From Octopus vulgaris (taxonomy: Eukaryota): a stretch of 64,000 nt of DNA. A program made the position numbers and the translations under genes. Positions 13,108-30,910 of this stretch are shown piece after piece. The notes below the pieces were generated by a model that was given only the letters and a program-made list of their open reading frames with translations, did not search any database and was not told where the DNA came from. Where the stretch lies: contig OX597826.1 of the NCBI GenBank assembly GCA_951406725.2, positions 4,030,001-4,094,000 on the forward strand, read 5' to 3'. Numbering within the stretch: the first letter of the stretch is position 1; each line of letters opens with the position of its first letter.

Positions 13108-14431
13108 CGACGAGCTTTCACACGGTTTCCTGAAATTACTTGGTAGCAAAGCGAGCTTGTTAATTACAAAAGCCATGATTGCGTCTTTACAAAGTAATAA
13201 AAAAACAAAACAGGTAGGATATTAATCTTCTGTCAATTCGTTTATATGTGTTCGTGTTGCTAGGTGAGGTACCCACGATCAGAATCATTCTAGACATGAC
13301 TATCACGTTTTTGAAATATGGTTTACGTCAGACTTCGTCATCCTATATCTTAGTCCTGTGTGATTTGAGATACATGTGTCTACAGATTGTAGGAGAGTCT
13401 GCTACCATTTTTCTGGATACCACACAGTGTTGTGCACAATGAATAACTAAACATCTCTCTGCAAGACGTTATATTAGTACATGTTTGTAATAAGATATTC
13501 GCTTAATTACCTATGTAAACACACATTAGTTCTCATATTAATGAAGTCAGATACGACTTTCGATTTGTGAAATAGGGTAATACATAACTAAAACGGTAAA
13601 CGAACAATTTCTTCAAGCTCTTCGTAGAGCTAAAACCACCATGTTTCCAGATTCCAGGATGAATTCCAAAACTAAGCTCTTTACTATTCCCTAGGTAAGA
13701 AACCACATCTAGAAGTTCTTTCATTCTTAGATTTATCTCAATGAGTATTCTGACAATGCGTTGGTGCTACATGTGGATATATCCCCGGCCACTAGATGTG
13801 CTCAGAAGTTGCTGAATTTGTTCAGGACATTCTTATAATACTGACTGGGAGAATCTCGCATTCTTTACCGGATTTTAGGTCGACAAGACAAAATTATATA
13901 AAACTTTTTATTACAATCTAGTTATATCATTATTCTCTGCGGCTCGTTGCACGTGACTTCCTACAAATCTGGGCAACTGCGGACCCAACTAATTACCCGA
14001 AACGAACCTGCTAAACTGTTGGTAAACCTACCACCCCGGGAAGCAGATACCAGTGAGTACAAGAATGGCTAGGAAGAACGTGAAGTGCAGGACTACAGCG
14101 ATGATGGGTCGGGAATCATTTAACTGTTGATATGTTTTCACTGTGGGAGACGACACTGTTGAGTGGTTTTCTATTCATGGTAAAGAAATCTTGTGCAAGG
14201 ACCAGGGTTGGTGGGCGAAAACAGATTCAAAAGAATTGTGACATGTTTGATAGGAAATAGGCAGTCAGAATTGAGAGAATTTTAACAATTTTAGGGAGAT
14301 AATAACCCGGAGATGGTGGGGAGAGAGATATGATAAGGTTAGACAGATAAAGATTGAAAGTCAACTGGGTGCGATTCAAGAAAGTTGCTTCAGTTTGAGG
14401 TTGTCAAAATCATTTCCGCATACAACGTATT

Positions 14432-18820
<4,389 letters not shown>

Positions 18821-19249
18821 TGCTTCTGATATATATTGGAATTTGTGAATGTGTCTATTTGATCAATCGCTTTATTCGTCAAGGCAAGATTGATCGTGGT
18901 GATAATTATCACCATTAACCTTATTCTGTTTTCATCAGCATCATTATCACATCCTCCGCCTCATCCACATCATCATCATCATCATAATTATCCTCATCAT
19001 CATCACTCTATATTAGCAACATCAATTCTACGGTGACAATGATGATGATGATAATGAAGTGGATGATGATGATGACGAAGAAGAGGAGGTGGGGGAGGAG
19101 GTGTAGAAGAAAGAATAGGATTACCGTCCACCCCGTCCTCATTGTTGCCCTCGTCTCTTCCATCATCACCATTTTCCTCGACGTGAAGGTCACTACAAGG
19201 TTAAAATTATCATCACAATCATCATCATCGTCGTCATAGTTATCATAAT

Positions 19250-20270
19250 ACTTTCTACTAAAGGCACAAGGCCTGAAACTTTTGGGTGTGAGATAATCGA
19301 TTACATCCACCCCAGTGTTTCACTGGTACTCAATTTATTGACTCCGAAAGGGTGAAAGGCAAAGCCGAACTCAGCGAAATTTGAAACTCAGAACGTAACG
19401 ACAGACGGCAAGCTAACATTCTTATTTCTTTATTGCCCACAAGGGGCTAAACATAAAGGGAACAAACAAAGATAGACGGACGGATTAAATCGATTATATC
19501 GTCCCCACTGCGTAACTGGAACATATTTAATCGAACCCGAAATGATGAAAGGCAAAGTCGACCTCGGCAGAAGTTGAACTCAGAACGTAGCCTCAGAAGA
19601 AATACCTATTTCTTTAATACCCACAAGGGGCTAAACACAGAGGGGACAAACAAAGACAGACAAAGGGATTCAGTCGATTACATCGACCCCAGTGCAAAAC
19701 AGGTAATTAATTTATCGACCCCGAAACGATGAAAGCAAAGTCGACTCGGGGGAATTTGAACTGAAAACGTAGCGGCAGACGAAATACCTATTTCTTTATT
19801 ACCCACAAGGGGCTAAACATAGAGGGGTCAAACAAGGACAGACATAGGTATGAAGTCGATTACATCCACCCCAGTGCGTAACTGGTACTTAATTTATGGA
19901 CCCCGAAAGGATGGAAGGCAAAGTCGACCTTGGCGGAATTTGAACTCACAACGTAACGACAGACGAAATACGGCTACGCATTTCGCCCGGCGTGTTAACG
20001 TTTCTGCCGGCTCGCCGCCTTCGGCAGACGAAGTACCTGTTTCTTTATTACCCACAAGGGGCTAAACATAGAGAGGACAAACAAAGACAGACAAACAGAT
20101 TAAGTCGATTACATCGATCCCAGTGAGTATCTGGTACTTAATTTATCGACCCCGAAAGGATGAAAGGCAAAGTCGACCCGCGCGGAATTTGAACTCAGAA
20201 CGTAACGACAGACGAAATACTGCTAAGCATTTCGCCCGGCGTGCTAACGATTCTGCCAGGTCCTCGCTTT
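19250..20270 (-). mobile_element. SINE family B tandem array, five units of ~180-230 bp
   Basis: Unit starts near 19250, 19423, 19607, 19789, 20038; full heads end near 20020 and 20269. Confidence 0.9.
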
Positions 20271-20832
20271 GTCATCGTAACCATCATAGTAATATTCATT
20301 GCTAGTCGATGTCGTTGTCGCCGTCGTCTTTTATAAAAACAGCAACATCGTCACTATAAGTACCGCCACCGCCAACGCCGATATTTTTGCCTTCGTCAGC
20401 ATCATCATTTCCATCATCATCATCATCCCGATACCAAACATTAGAATGACGATCTCGGTCAATACCACTACATAGTTATCGATGATTTGGGTGACATGCT
20501 TTTCCGAAATTCCAGTGTGATGTGGTTCCCGGTAGAAGTTTATTATCAAAACAACAAACGAAATAATGAAGCTAGAATAAACACGCTGTTAATCCTCCGA
20601 GATATATCAGATCTACTTTTGAATCTGGTGCCTCTTCTGATTATCTTTCATTGTTTCTTGACCAGCGTCCATCGCCATCGAGCTCAGCACTTTTGAAAAT
20701 CCAAAAGAAATCGTGTATGAGAGAATAGTGCCAACCCCTGAGCTATATTTTTAATCCAACTCTTTTCTAGTAACATTTGAAACTTTATCTATAGTCTCGT
20801 TAAATCAACTAAACTTGAAACCACAGATGATA

Positions 20833-21023
20833 CAGTTCTATATTTAAGAGATGTGGAATTATGTTCAAACTTTACATTATTTACATTTGTCGGATATTTG
20901 TCCTCAGCTTGTTTGTTGTTAAAACAACGTTTCGGCTGATATACCCCACCAGCCTTCATCAGGTGTCTTGGGGAAATTTCGAAGCTGTGTTCTCATTCCA
21001 ATGGCATTTTCGATGTTAGTATT

Positions 21024-21080
<57 letters not shown>
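20833..21080 (-). mobile_element. Hammerhead-tailed element, tail plus (TAA)n, head missing
   Basis: Matches 9100-9353 in reverse; CTGATGA-A-GGCTG...CAGCC-GAAACGTT at 20922-20966. Confidence 0.8.
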
Positions 21081-21082
<2 letters not shown>

Positions 21083-21084
21083 TA

Positions 21085-21150
21085 GTGTGTCAAAAGCCAG
21101 CTGGAGGATATGTCTTCCTGGGGCTACAAGCTAAAGTAGCATCAACCCTT
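21085..21150 (+). mobile_element. Fragment of the conserved domain of the 350/360-bp retrozyme-like families
   Basis: agccagctggaggatatgtcttcctggggctacaagctaaagtagca resembles agccaactggaaacggcgtttcctggggctaaatagcagtagca (53.8 kb, minus). Confidence 0.55.
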
Positions 21151-21295
21151 AAGGGTTAGCCACATTTAGGTGGCAAATATACTTCACAATGTCGTGCTGC
21201 TTCTGTTTATATCTTGCTCAGAGATTTATTATTGCCCCTTAATAGTTTATTCTACATTTATATTTCCAAGTTGCTAGTATTATTTCATTGTGAGA

Positions 21296-21455
21296 GAAGG
21301 TGGCAAGACAACAGAATCGTTACTGAGACAGAAAAAATGCCTAGCGGCGTTTCTTACGTACTTACGTTCTGAGTCCTTCGGGATCGACTTTGCCTTTCAT
21401 CCATTTCAAGGTCAAAAAAAATTAGTACCAGTTGTGTACTGGTTTGATGTAATCA
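21296..21455 (+). mobile_element. Degenerate SINE family B copy
   Basis: ttacgttctgagt...gatcgactttgcctttcatcc...attagtaccagtt. Confidence 0.7.
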
Positions 21456-21840
21456 ATTAACTTGGTTGGAGACTACCGCCAGGTGTTCTACATTATTTGA
21501 TGATACCATAGAATGGTTAATATCTTATCAGGCACTATTGAAGAACATTCATTCTTTTGCTTCCGAAGAGCTAACATATAAATCTCTTCACAGACCTTTC
21601 ACTGTCTGCTTTGAGCAAAGCCGATTTCTTTGCAGTAGATTTATTATTTTTTGAAGTACTTAAAACAATGCTCATCTGTATACACAATACATAATATATT
21701 CTCCACTGTGTCATTTTTAGCTCTATACATTTCTATTTATGTGCACTTGAATTGTGTATACTTATGTCTGTATCTACAGTTCGTTGGGACTTGGTTTGAC
21801 GACTTTTTATGCTTCCTTTCTTCAGGAACATCGTGATCAA

Positions 21841-22251
21841 TTACTCTTTTTTTTTTACTTGTTTCATTCATTTAACTGTGGCCATGCTGGAGCATCGCCT
21901 TTAGTCGAGCAAATCGACCCCAGGACTTATTCGTTGTAAGCCTAGTACTTATTCTATCGGTCTCTTTTGCCGAGCCGCTAAGTTACGGGTACGTAAACAC
22001 ACCAGCATCGGTTGTCAAGCGATGTTGGGGGGACATCACAGACACACAAACATACACACACACACACACACACACGCATATATATATACGAGGGGCGTCT
22101 TTCGGTTTCCGTCTACCAAATCCACTCACAAGGCTTTGGTCGGACCGAGGCTATAGTAGATGACACTTGCTCAAGGTGCAACGCAGTGGGACTGAACCCG
22201 AAACCATGTGGTTGGTAAGCAAGCTACTTACCACACAGCGCTCCTACGCCT
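21841..22251 (-). mobile_element. SINE family A
   Basis: Collinear with other copies; full head aggcgtaggag. Confidence 0.9.
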
Positions 22252-22262
22252 TAAAACTTGAA

Positions 22263-22344
22263 CGCTGCGGGCAAGATTCGAACCTTCGCGGGTATAACCC
22301 ATTGGATTGCAAGTCCAACGCCTTAACTACTCGGCCATCACAGC
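22263..22344 (-). tRNA. tRNA-Ser-type gene or pseudogene with anticodon TGC (Ala)
   Basis: GCTGTGATGGCCGAGTAGTTAAGGCGTTGGACTTGCAATCCAATGGGTTATACCCGCGAAGGTTCGAATCTTGCCCGCAGCG; 82 nt, long variable arm GGG/CCC, G73, downstream TTTT; one mismatch each in acceptor and T stems and D-loop GG changed to AG. Confidence 0.8.
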
Positions 22345-22389
22345 CGCAATTGTAGAACATAAATATTGAAATTGTAGCTGAGATAAATT

Positions 22390-23005
22390 TAGTTGAAATG
22401 GAGGACTAAAAACCATTTAAATATTGTAAAAGAACTAATTGTGTCATGATTTGCGCTGGATATCAAAATGGAGACATAATCACCGCTGTTCAATGATCTG
22501 CGAATGTGTAAATGTAGTAAGGCGTGATTTAGCTACAGTGGAAACTCACAAAGCCTTGGTCGTCAGGAGGAGGCACAGCTTGCGTTGTGACTGCTCCGCA
22601 AGCCTGGATTCATCCAACAAGTAATGAACATGAACTTAGGCTCAATTCTGACGGCTGTGTGAAAGTGTTGAAGACTGTTACTAAATCCTGATGACAGCAG
22701 GTTGCTGCTGGAAGCCCACAAGTATTGAAGCAATATTCCGCACATCAGCATAACCCTGGAAAGTGTCAGAAGAGGTTGATCGTGGACTTTTACGTCTGCC
22801 GCGTCACCCTCAATTTCAAGCCTCCTAATTACCCCTGATTCTAGTAATCCCGCTTTAGCTTGCAACAAGACTGAGCTGGTGGCCAAGATCAAAGAGGTGT
22901 TCGTTCGAAGATCTCAGGGATACAGTTAGGGGAACATGCACTAGTTCCAGAGAATTGTTGACGCCATGACGGAAGCTGAGGGCTGTCACTTTGAGTACAT
23001 TGTTA
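22390..23005 (+). mobile_element. Tc1/mariner (DD37D/maT-like) transposase remnant
   Basis: Translated pieces EHELRLNSDGCVKVLKTV, AAGSPQVLKQYSAHQH (resembles QQDSAPAH), NKTELVAKIKEVF, FQRIVDAMTEAEGCHFE. Confidence 0.6.
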
Positions 23006-23206
23006 TCTCCAGGTCATAATATATTTAATATGTGCAGTAATATATTTTTTACATTTGGAGGGCACATTGCGTTTTACATAGATACATGTAAATATATGAA
23101 TGTATACATATGTAAATATATGTGTATAAATGTATATATACATGTATATACGTATATCTGTGTGTGAGTGCGTGTGTATACACTTATATATACAACATGC
23201 ATATGC

Positions 23207-23238
<32 letters not shown>

Positions 23239-23313
23239 TTTACATATATATATATATACGTATACATATATATAAATATATATATATATTATATATATAT
23301 ATGTATATCTATG

Positions 23314-23433
23314 TGATCACGTGATCACGTGACCGACAAGACCATCAGATGTTGCTACACATCGCTGGTCACAATGCATTCGCATTGTTTTAGCCTTCGA
23401 ATGACGCCACCCCGCTGGCTAAGCGAGCAGGCC
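23314..23433 (-). mobile_element. SINE family C 3' fragment
   Basis: gatcacgtgatcacgtgaccga...ctggctaagcgagcaggcca matches 29241-29360. Confidence 0.85.
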
Positions 23434-23451
23434 AGTATATCTATGTATTAT

Positions 23452-23522
<71 letters not shown>

Positions 23523-23580
23523 TACATATAAATATATATGCATATATATATATATAGTATAATATATACATACACAGTAT

Positions 23581-23650
<70 letters not shown>

Positions 23651-24165
23651 TGCTTTAGGGTGCCTGCCGGCAAGGGCAATAAGAATATTAATATATTTGA
23701 TGTTGGCAATTACATCTAATTGGTTTTAGTAATAAAAATTAAATATTATCCATTAGCGCATTATTATTATTGTTGTTGTTGTTGTTATTTTAATATCTGT
23801 CTTATTGATCTGTGACCATACTGTGTCTACACTTTCAAAGTTTTCTCTTGAATATATTATCCCTGCTGAATATCTGACAGATATCTTATCGCTTTTGGAA
23901 TGAAGCAAAGCGAAGTCGATCTGTGTTTGAACTCAAAATATAAATTTCCCTCATTGAATACCACGAAATGCCGACAGTCTATCGATTACATTACCGACAT
24001 TTCAACATACATTTGTATACACCCGACGGAATTTTCTGTTGTTCATATTTATCAGGTTTCATTGGGGAGGCTTTGGTCGACTGAGTATGCGATTGAACCA
24101 TGAGATTGCAAAATGAACTGTTTAAACATATGGGCATACCGACAGGTCCACGACTACACAGATAC

Positions 24166-24227
<62 letters not shown>

Positions 24228-24232
<5 letters not shown>

Positions 24233-24333
24233 TAGATAGATGGATAGATAGATGGATAGATAGATAGATGATAGATAGATAGATAGATGGATGGATAGAT
24301 AGATAGATGGATGGATGGATAGATAGATAGATG

Positions 24334-24384
<51 letters not shown>

Positions 24385-24409
24385 GGATGGATAGATAGAT
24401 GGATAGATG

Positions 24410-24472
<63 letters not shown>

Positions 24473-24526
24473 GGATGGATAGATAGATGGATAGATGGAT
24501 AGATATATAGATAGATAGATAGATAC

Positions 24527-24580
<54 letters not shown>

Positions 24581-24606
24581 GGATGGATAGATAGATGGAT
24601 AGATAC

Positions 24607-24660
<54 letters not shown>

Positions 24661-24740
24661 GGATGGATAGATAGATGGATAGATGGATAGATAGATAGAT
24701 AGATAGATATATATAGATATATAGATATAGATATAGATAT
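24228..24740. repeat. (AGAT/GGAT)n microsatellite
   Basis: Direct repeats; source of 300-aa SIYL/SIHL ORFs. Confidence 0.95.
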
Positions 24741-25157
24741 ATATGTGTGTGTGGGGGGTGTGACTGTGTGTGTGTGTATGTGTGTCTGTGTATGTGTATG
24801 AATTTTGTGTGCATGAACATATATATATATATATTTATACACATATGTGTGTGTGTTTTGTGTGTGTATGCATATGAGCCAGCGCGTGTGTTTATGTGCG
24901 TGCATATATGAGTGTTTAAGATTTTGCTTTGAAGAATTGGTCTACACTTGGATGATGAATGATCTTGGACTTGAGGGAATAACTTTACCAAAACGCTTTC
25001 AGACACCTCCCAATATGTTTCTCCGGAAATCCTTGCGATTGAGATTTCAAAACTGTTAGAAGCCTTATATGTATTCCTCATGAGAATACCACAGAACCAG
25101 TGTAGTTCGTATTGGATAATCTGGGCCTACCTTATACACAAACAGTGCTATATATAA

Positions 25158-25545
25158 TACATACATACATACATACATACATACACCCATTCATGCATGC
25201 ATGCACACTTATGTACGCACATATTTCTGATAGATAGAGAGAGAGGGATAGAGAGAGATAGAGAGATAGATAGATAAATAGATATATACATACATACATA
25301 CATACATACATACATACATACATGCATGCATACATATATACATACATACATACATAATACATACACACACATACATACATACATACATACATACATACAT
25401 ACATGCATACATACATACATACATACATACATACATACATACACACACATACATACATACATACATACATACATACATACATACATACATACATACATAC
25501 ATACATACATACATACATACATACATACATGCATACATACATACA
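25158..25545. repeat. (ATAC)n microsatellite
   Basis: Direct repeats. Confidence 0.95.
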
Positions 25546-25964
25546 TATATATGCACATATGTATGTGTGCTTGTTTTCAAATAGGGAACAGCATTTTGTT
25601 ACGACTATTTTACTTTTAAAGATACGGAATACACGACTGCGTCTCAATTAAACTTTTTAATTAAGAAGCTTGCATATTTCCTTACTAATCTTTTTATTTT
25701 AGTAGCCTTTCAATACTTTCTCGGTCTCATTATCAGAATGAAGGAATGGTAAGAACATGTTCGCTCACTTTGCTCTATGTCGTAAAGGACTCCAAGAACA
25801 ACGTAATTGATATACTTATTAATTATGTAACATAATTTTTGTCTTTCGGAAAAAAATGTTATTTCCTATTTGTTTAGGTTTTGAAAGTATAAATAATGGT
25901 TATTATTTACGTCAAATGTTGTTTTTGTGGCCGGGATAAAGATATTTCTCAAGTTTAACTAATA

Positions 25965-27838
25965 CCATTGGGAAAACAGGCAAACGTGATCATTCCCATT
26001 CATTCAAAGTAGGATCAAAACAATATGTAATTCAAAAGTGGCATTTATTTATTCTAGAATTGCAGAAAAGATACCACAAAATATTTAGAAGCGAGAAGTT
26101 TTTCGCGATTTAGTAAAGTACTTTCACGAATAGTCTCCTTTCGTGTTTTCATTATACGATCCTTGGTAAAGGCGTTCAAAATCAAGTATATATTGGTGGA
26201 ATCACGCGCCTTGCTCCTCCGAGTACGCTCCAATGTTCTCCTTAAATTTATCAAGATGAGCGTCAGGGATATGGACCTTGAGGAACATCCTGCTGCCACG
26301 TTTTGCCGTAGTTCTTTCACCAGTGACTCATAGTGTACGGCTTTGTGAGGTCCTAGAAACCCTCGAACCACTGCAACAAAGCTGTTCCACGCTGGTTCCT
26401 CCGTCTCAATGAGCTTCTTGGGGAATCCCTTGCACTCTAAGATCTGCTTTGTTTGTGGTCCGACGAAGACACTGGCTTTCACCTTTGCCTCAGACAGCTT
26501 AGTGGAAAAGTCTTTAAGATATCTGGAGGCTGCACACTACTGATCTAGAGCCGAAACAAACTGTTTCATAAGACCCATTTTTACGTATTGTGGAAGAAAC
26601 AATATTTTCCGGGGTTCCAACAGTGGGCTCCCATTTGATGTTTTTCTTTCCCCAACTGAACTCGGTCCGCTGTGGCCAGTACCGCCTCTGGTAGTGTTCT
26701 GCATTTACCCTGCTGCTCTAAAGGAAAATATAACATGGGAACTTGGTAAGGCTGCCCTGGAGATCCATCAGAAAGGTCACGTTTTTATAATCTTCTATAA
26801 CATCCCAACCCTACTCTTTACGTTACAGAGTACCTTTTTGCTCTTCTCTCGATAAATTCACCACAGATATAACAAAATCCATCTGCCGGATGCTGACTAC
26901 CTATTGATGCCATTTGTGACGATTGCAGCTATCAATAACGTTGTGTGTCCACTTTTCCAGCTACAAGTAGACAAAACTAAAGAGGCTGTGTTTTCTGAAT
27001 CCTTTTATTGAGAGTGCATTCAGTGTTGCCAGAATGTTCTAGAAATAAATATAGAGATATGTGTTCATGCTGCTTTGTTGTCCAAACGCGGTTCAGCTCC
27101 CTGTGTTAGGGCAGCGGACTCGCGGTTGTACGTTCGCGGTTTCGATTTCCAGGCCGGGTATTGTGAGTGTTTATTGAGCGAAAACACCTAAAGCTCCACA
27201 AGGCTCCGGCAGGGGCTGGTGGTAAAGCCTGCTGTACTATTTCACCACTTTCTCCTATTTTCTCTTTCTTCTTGTTTCTGTTGTACCTGTATTTCAAAGG
27301 GCCAGCCTTGTCACTCTCTGTGTCACACTGCATATCCCCGAGAACTACGTTAAGGGTATACGTGTCTGTGGAGTGCTCAGCCATTTGCACGTTAATAAAT
27401 AAGCCGCGACGTCACTGGTGCCAAGCTGTATCGGCGTTTGCCTTTCCCTTGGATAACATAGGTAGCGTGGCGAGGGGAGGCTTGTATTCATGGTTGACAG
27501 CTGGTCTTCCATAAACAACCATGCCCAGACATGTGTCTCGGCGGGTAACATTCTAGGTACAATCGCATGGTCATTCATGACCAAACGGGGATGCAACAAT
27601 ATATTAAATAGTATAATTACTTTAAAATTATACATTAAATAGTATAATTACTTTAAAATTATTTATTCACATTACAACTTCATATATAAATACTATTTTT
27701 AAAACATCAGTGTTGTGGCCACAAAACCAAAGTTTGAAGGGACTAATAATAATATTCTTTGTTTTCTAGAACAAAGCAATTAGGATATAACACTGAATGA
27801 CTAAAGACAAACTAAAGTCTAAAATTTGCTATATAATG
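25965..27838 (-). mobile_element. Chapaev3-like (CMC) DNA transposon remnant, interrupted by a SINE
   Basis: Transposase pieces LPQYVKMGLMKQFVSAL and VFVGPQTKQIL...EEPAWNSFVAVVRGFLG.HKA.HYESLV match Chapaev3-type motifs (26050-26800); outer boundaries tentative. Confidence 0.65.
27105..27590 (+). mobile_element. Chimeric tRNA-SINE: family C head joined to family D tail
   Basis: 27105-27270 matches head of 29241-29548; 27408-27590 matches tail of 52563-52735. Confidence 0.7.
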
Positions 27839-28458
27839 TAATCAATATGGTATTTGTGAGTTCATTTTTGCATTCTATGTTGATCTTCAAAAAAACCTAT
27901 CCTAATTACTGAAATGATTTTTAATAGAATTCAGTTTAATATAATTTTCTATCTCAGTTTATTTAAGTTCTTTATAATAATAATGTTCTATTTTATTTCA
28001 TTCTTGTTAATCCACGGTTGACCGAAGACAATTTATAACAGATTAAGTCAAGTCTACGTTGAAATATATATTATATCATTGGCCGGCCAAACTACATTTT
28101 CTGGTTTTCGGTTCTAGGAAAAGTCTTAACATATTAGTGTGTGTGTTTCTTAGTACAACCTAAATATATGCGTGCAGTTTGGTTTCCACGTGTTCTGCAT
28201 TATGATTCTTGTCCAAGACGTATTCACCAATTCTGGAAGTAAAGTGCATTTTATTTCGCCGTACATTATATACTTGCTTTCTGAATTCTTAAAGTCTGGA
28301 AAGGTTAAAGGACAAATAGATTAAACATAGTATATTTCCTACCTCATCCATAGATGGATAATACGGGAATATGAATAATTTTAGCAAAGAATATTAAAAC
28401 TGAAAAAAAAGTTGTAACATTAGTGTAACACGTTAAAAGCAAAATATATTGCGTATAA

Positions 28459-28814
28459 CTCTTTTATCTTTTACTTGTTTCAGTCATTTGCTAGCCTTTA
28501 GTCGAGCAAATCGACCCCAGGACTTATTCTTTGTAAGTCTAGTACTTATTCTATCGGTATCTTTTGCCGAACCGCTAAGTTACGCGGACGTAAACACACC
28601 AGCATCGGTTGTCAAGCGATGTTGGGGGTACAAACAGACACACAAACGTATACACACATACATAGTGTATGTTTCCATCTACCAAATCCACTCACAAAGC
28701 TTTGGTCTGCCCAGGCTAAAGTACAAGACACTTGCCCAAGGTGCCACGTAGTGAGACTGAACCCGGGACCATGTGGTTGTTAAGCAAGCTACGTACCACA
28801 CAGCCACTCCTACG
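28459..28814 (-). mobile_element. SINE family A (internal deletions)
   Basis: Collinear with other copies. Confidence 0.85.
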
Positions 28815-29137
28815 ACTAAATGAATAAATAAATACGTACATACATACATAAATACATACATACATACATACATACATACATACATACATACATACATACA
28901 TACATACATACATACATACATGCGTGCATACATACTTACGAAATGATCGAAATACGAGACTAGAAAAACAGCCAACAACTGATGAAGAGTCGTTCTTTAT
29001 GTTGTTTTTTTTGTTTTCCAATTGTGTCTTTCGTTGTTCGAAAGAATATTTCATGTTCCATGTACTCGTCCTTCGAACTTTTTTGTTGTACACGTTTCAT
29101 GACCCTCTGTGCCCACACATGCATATATAAACATATA

Positions 29138-29197
<60 letters not shown>

Positions 29198-29240
29198 GTA
29201 TAGATATAAGCATGTAGATATACGTATGTATATATGCATA

Positions 29241-29548
29241 TCACGTGATCACGTGACCGACCAGACCATCGGATGCTGTTACACATCGCTGGTCACAATG
29301 CGTTCGCATTGTTTTTTAGCCTACGAATGACGCCACCCCGCTGGCTAAGCGAGCAGGCCAACAGAAGAAAGAGTGAGAGAAAGTGTGGTGAAAAAGTACA
29401 ACAGGGATCATCACCCCCTGCCGGAGGCTCATGGAGCTCTTTAGGTGTTTTCGCTCAATAAACACTCACAACGCCCGGTCTAGGAATCGAAACCGCGATC
29501 CTACGACCGCGAGTCCGCTGCCCTAACTACTGGGCCATTGCGCCTCCA
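29241..29548 (-). mobile_element. SINE family C, full length
   Basis: Head ggaggcgcaatggcccagtagttagggcagcgg...ggtttcgattcc; tail (cacgtgat)n. Confidence 0.9.
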
Positions 29549-29555
29549 CATATAT

Positions 29556-29627
<72 letters not shown>

Positions 29628-29728
29628 TTTAAAATAAGGGTGAGAATTGGATACAAATTTGATATCAATTTAAAACAACTGGTCTAGCATATTAAAATCT
29701 GAAGATTCAGAAAAATTATATTACATAC

Positions 29729-29890
29729 ATATAAGATGGATGACCACTACGTGGACATCCATTATGCAAGGAGTAGATCTGCTATGGTCTTATCACTAAG
29801 AAAGGAATGTTCTCAAGAAAATTTAGCAAACGCTAGATCTACTTCTAGCATAATGAATGTCCACATAGTGGTTATCAACTTTCTTATATG
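29729..29890. repeat. Inverted repeat, ~52-bp arms
   Basis: ataagatggatgaccactacgtggacatccattatgcaaggagtagatct / agatctacttctagcataatgaatgtccacatagtggttatcaactttcttat. Confidence 0.8.
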
Positions 29891-30745
29891 TATATACATA
29901 TATTATATTATTAAATCCATACATACATCGGTGTGCATTCGTATATGTGTGTGATTGGGACGTGGTATGTATGCATACCTGAGCGTCACCTGCCGTTAAG
30001 AGCTTATCAGAAAGTATATACATGTGTGTGGTGTGTATTTATATAACTGAAAATTTTGAATAGCACGCATCCTCACATCAGGTTAAATAGAAACGTACGT
30101 AACCATATTGTTAGTATAATAGAAATATAGGGAAGTAATATGAGATATATATTCAGATAGACCTGTCAACAGATTTTTTTCTTTCAGTAGAGAAGATGTA
30201 TGCGCTTGTGTAAAGGACAAAGTATGTGACGTTCCATGAAAAGACTCTCTTTCTAATACGTCAATAGTATAAGAGAACTGTTTACGTTGCTCTTTCTATA
30301 TTTTTTCTTTTTTCTTTGTTTATTAGCATATATTGTTTCTGTAGTGCTGGGCGTCAAGAGGACAAATACGCAAATTAATCTATCCATTACGGACAGAACA
30401 CAATTTACGACTAATCCAGGAGCCGCTTATGTGTACGATTGTTCGCGAAAGAAGGTCGTTTACGAAGCAGACGAGTGGGCAAACTAAAAATTCATCACTG
30501 GACGCTTTCCTTTTCTCAGAACGCTAACGGCACAGAAAGAATGTGCTTACAAGCATTTAAACAGAATACAGCCTCTCATATACAAACATACATATATACA
30601 TACATAAATACACACACACATATCTATATATACATACATGCATATATGTATATATGTGTGTGTGTATTAATATATATTTTCATATATAAATGTATCTATA
30701 TACATTGATATACATACAAATATATACGTGCATACACACACACAT

Positions 30746-30792
<47 letters not shown>

Positions 30793-30798
30793 AATATA

Positions 30799-30840
<42 letters not shown>

Positions 30841-30846
30841 AATATA

Positions 30847-30910
<64 letters not shown>

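Noticed and set aside
13240-14380. Possible LINE RT remnant or exon (also 10600-12100)
   Set aside because: No recognisable motif or open frame could be read with confidence
19250-20270. CRISPR-like or satellite array
   Set aside because: Units are ~180-bp SINE bodies with no unique spacers; eukaryotic context; no cas genes
28945-28995. cgaaata...ctgatgaagag as a permuted hammerhead
   Set aside because: No convincing stem I or III pairing visible; may be a decayed PLE fragment
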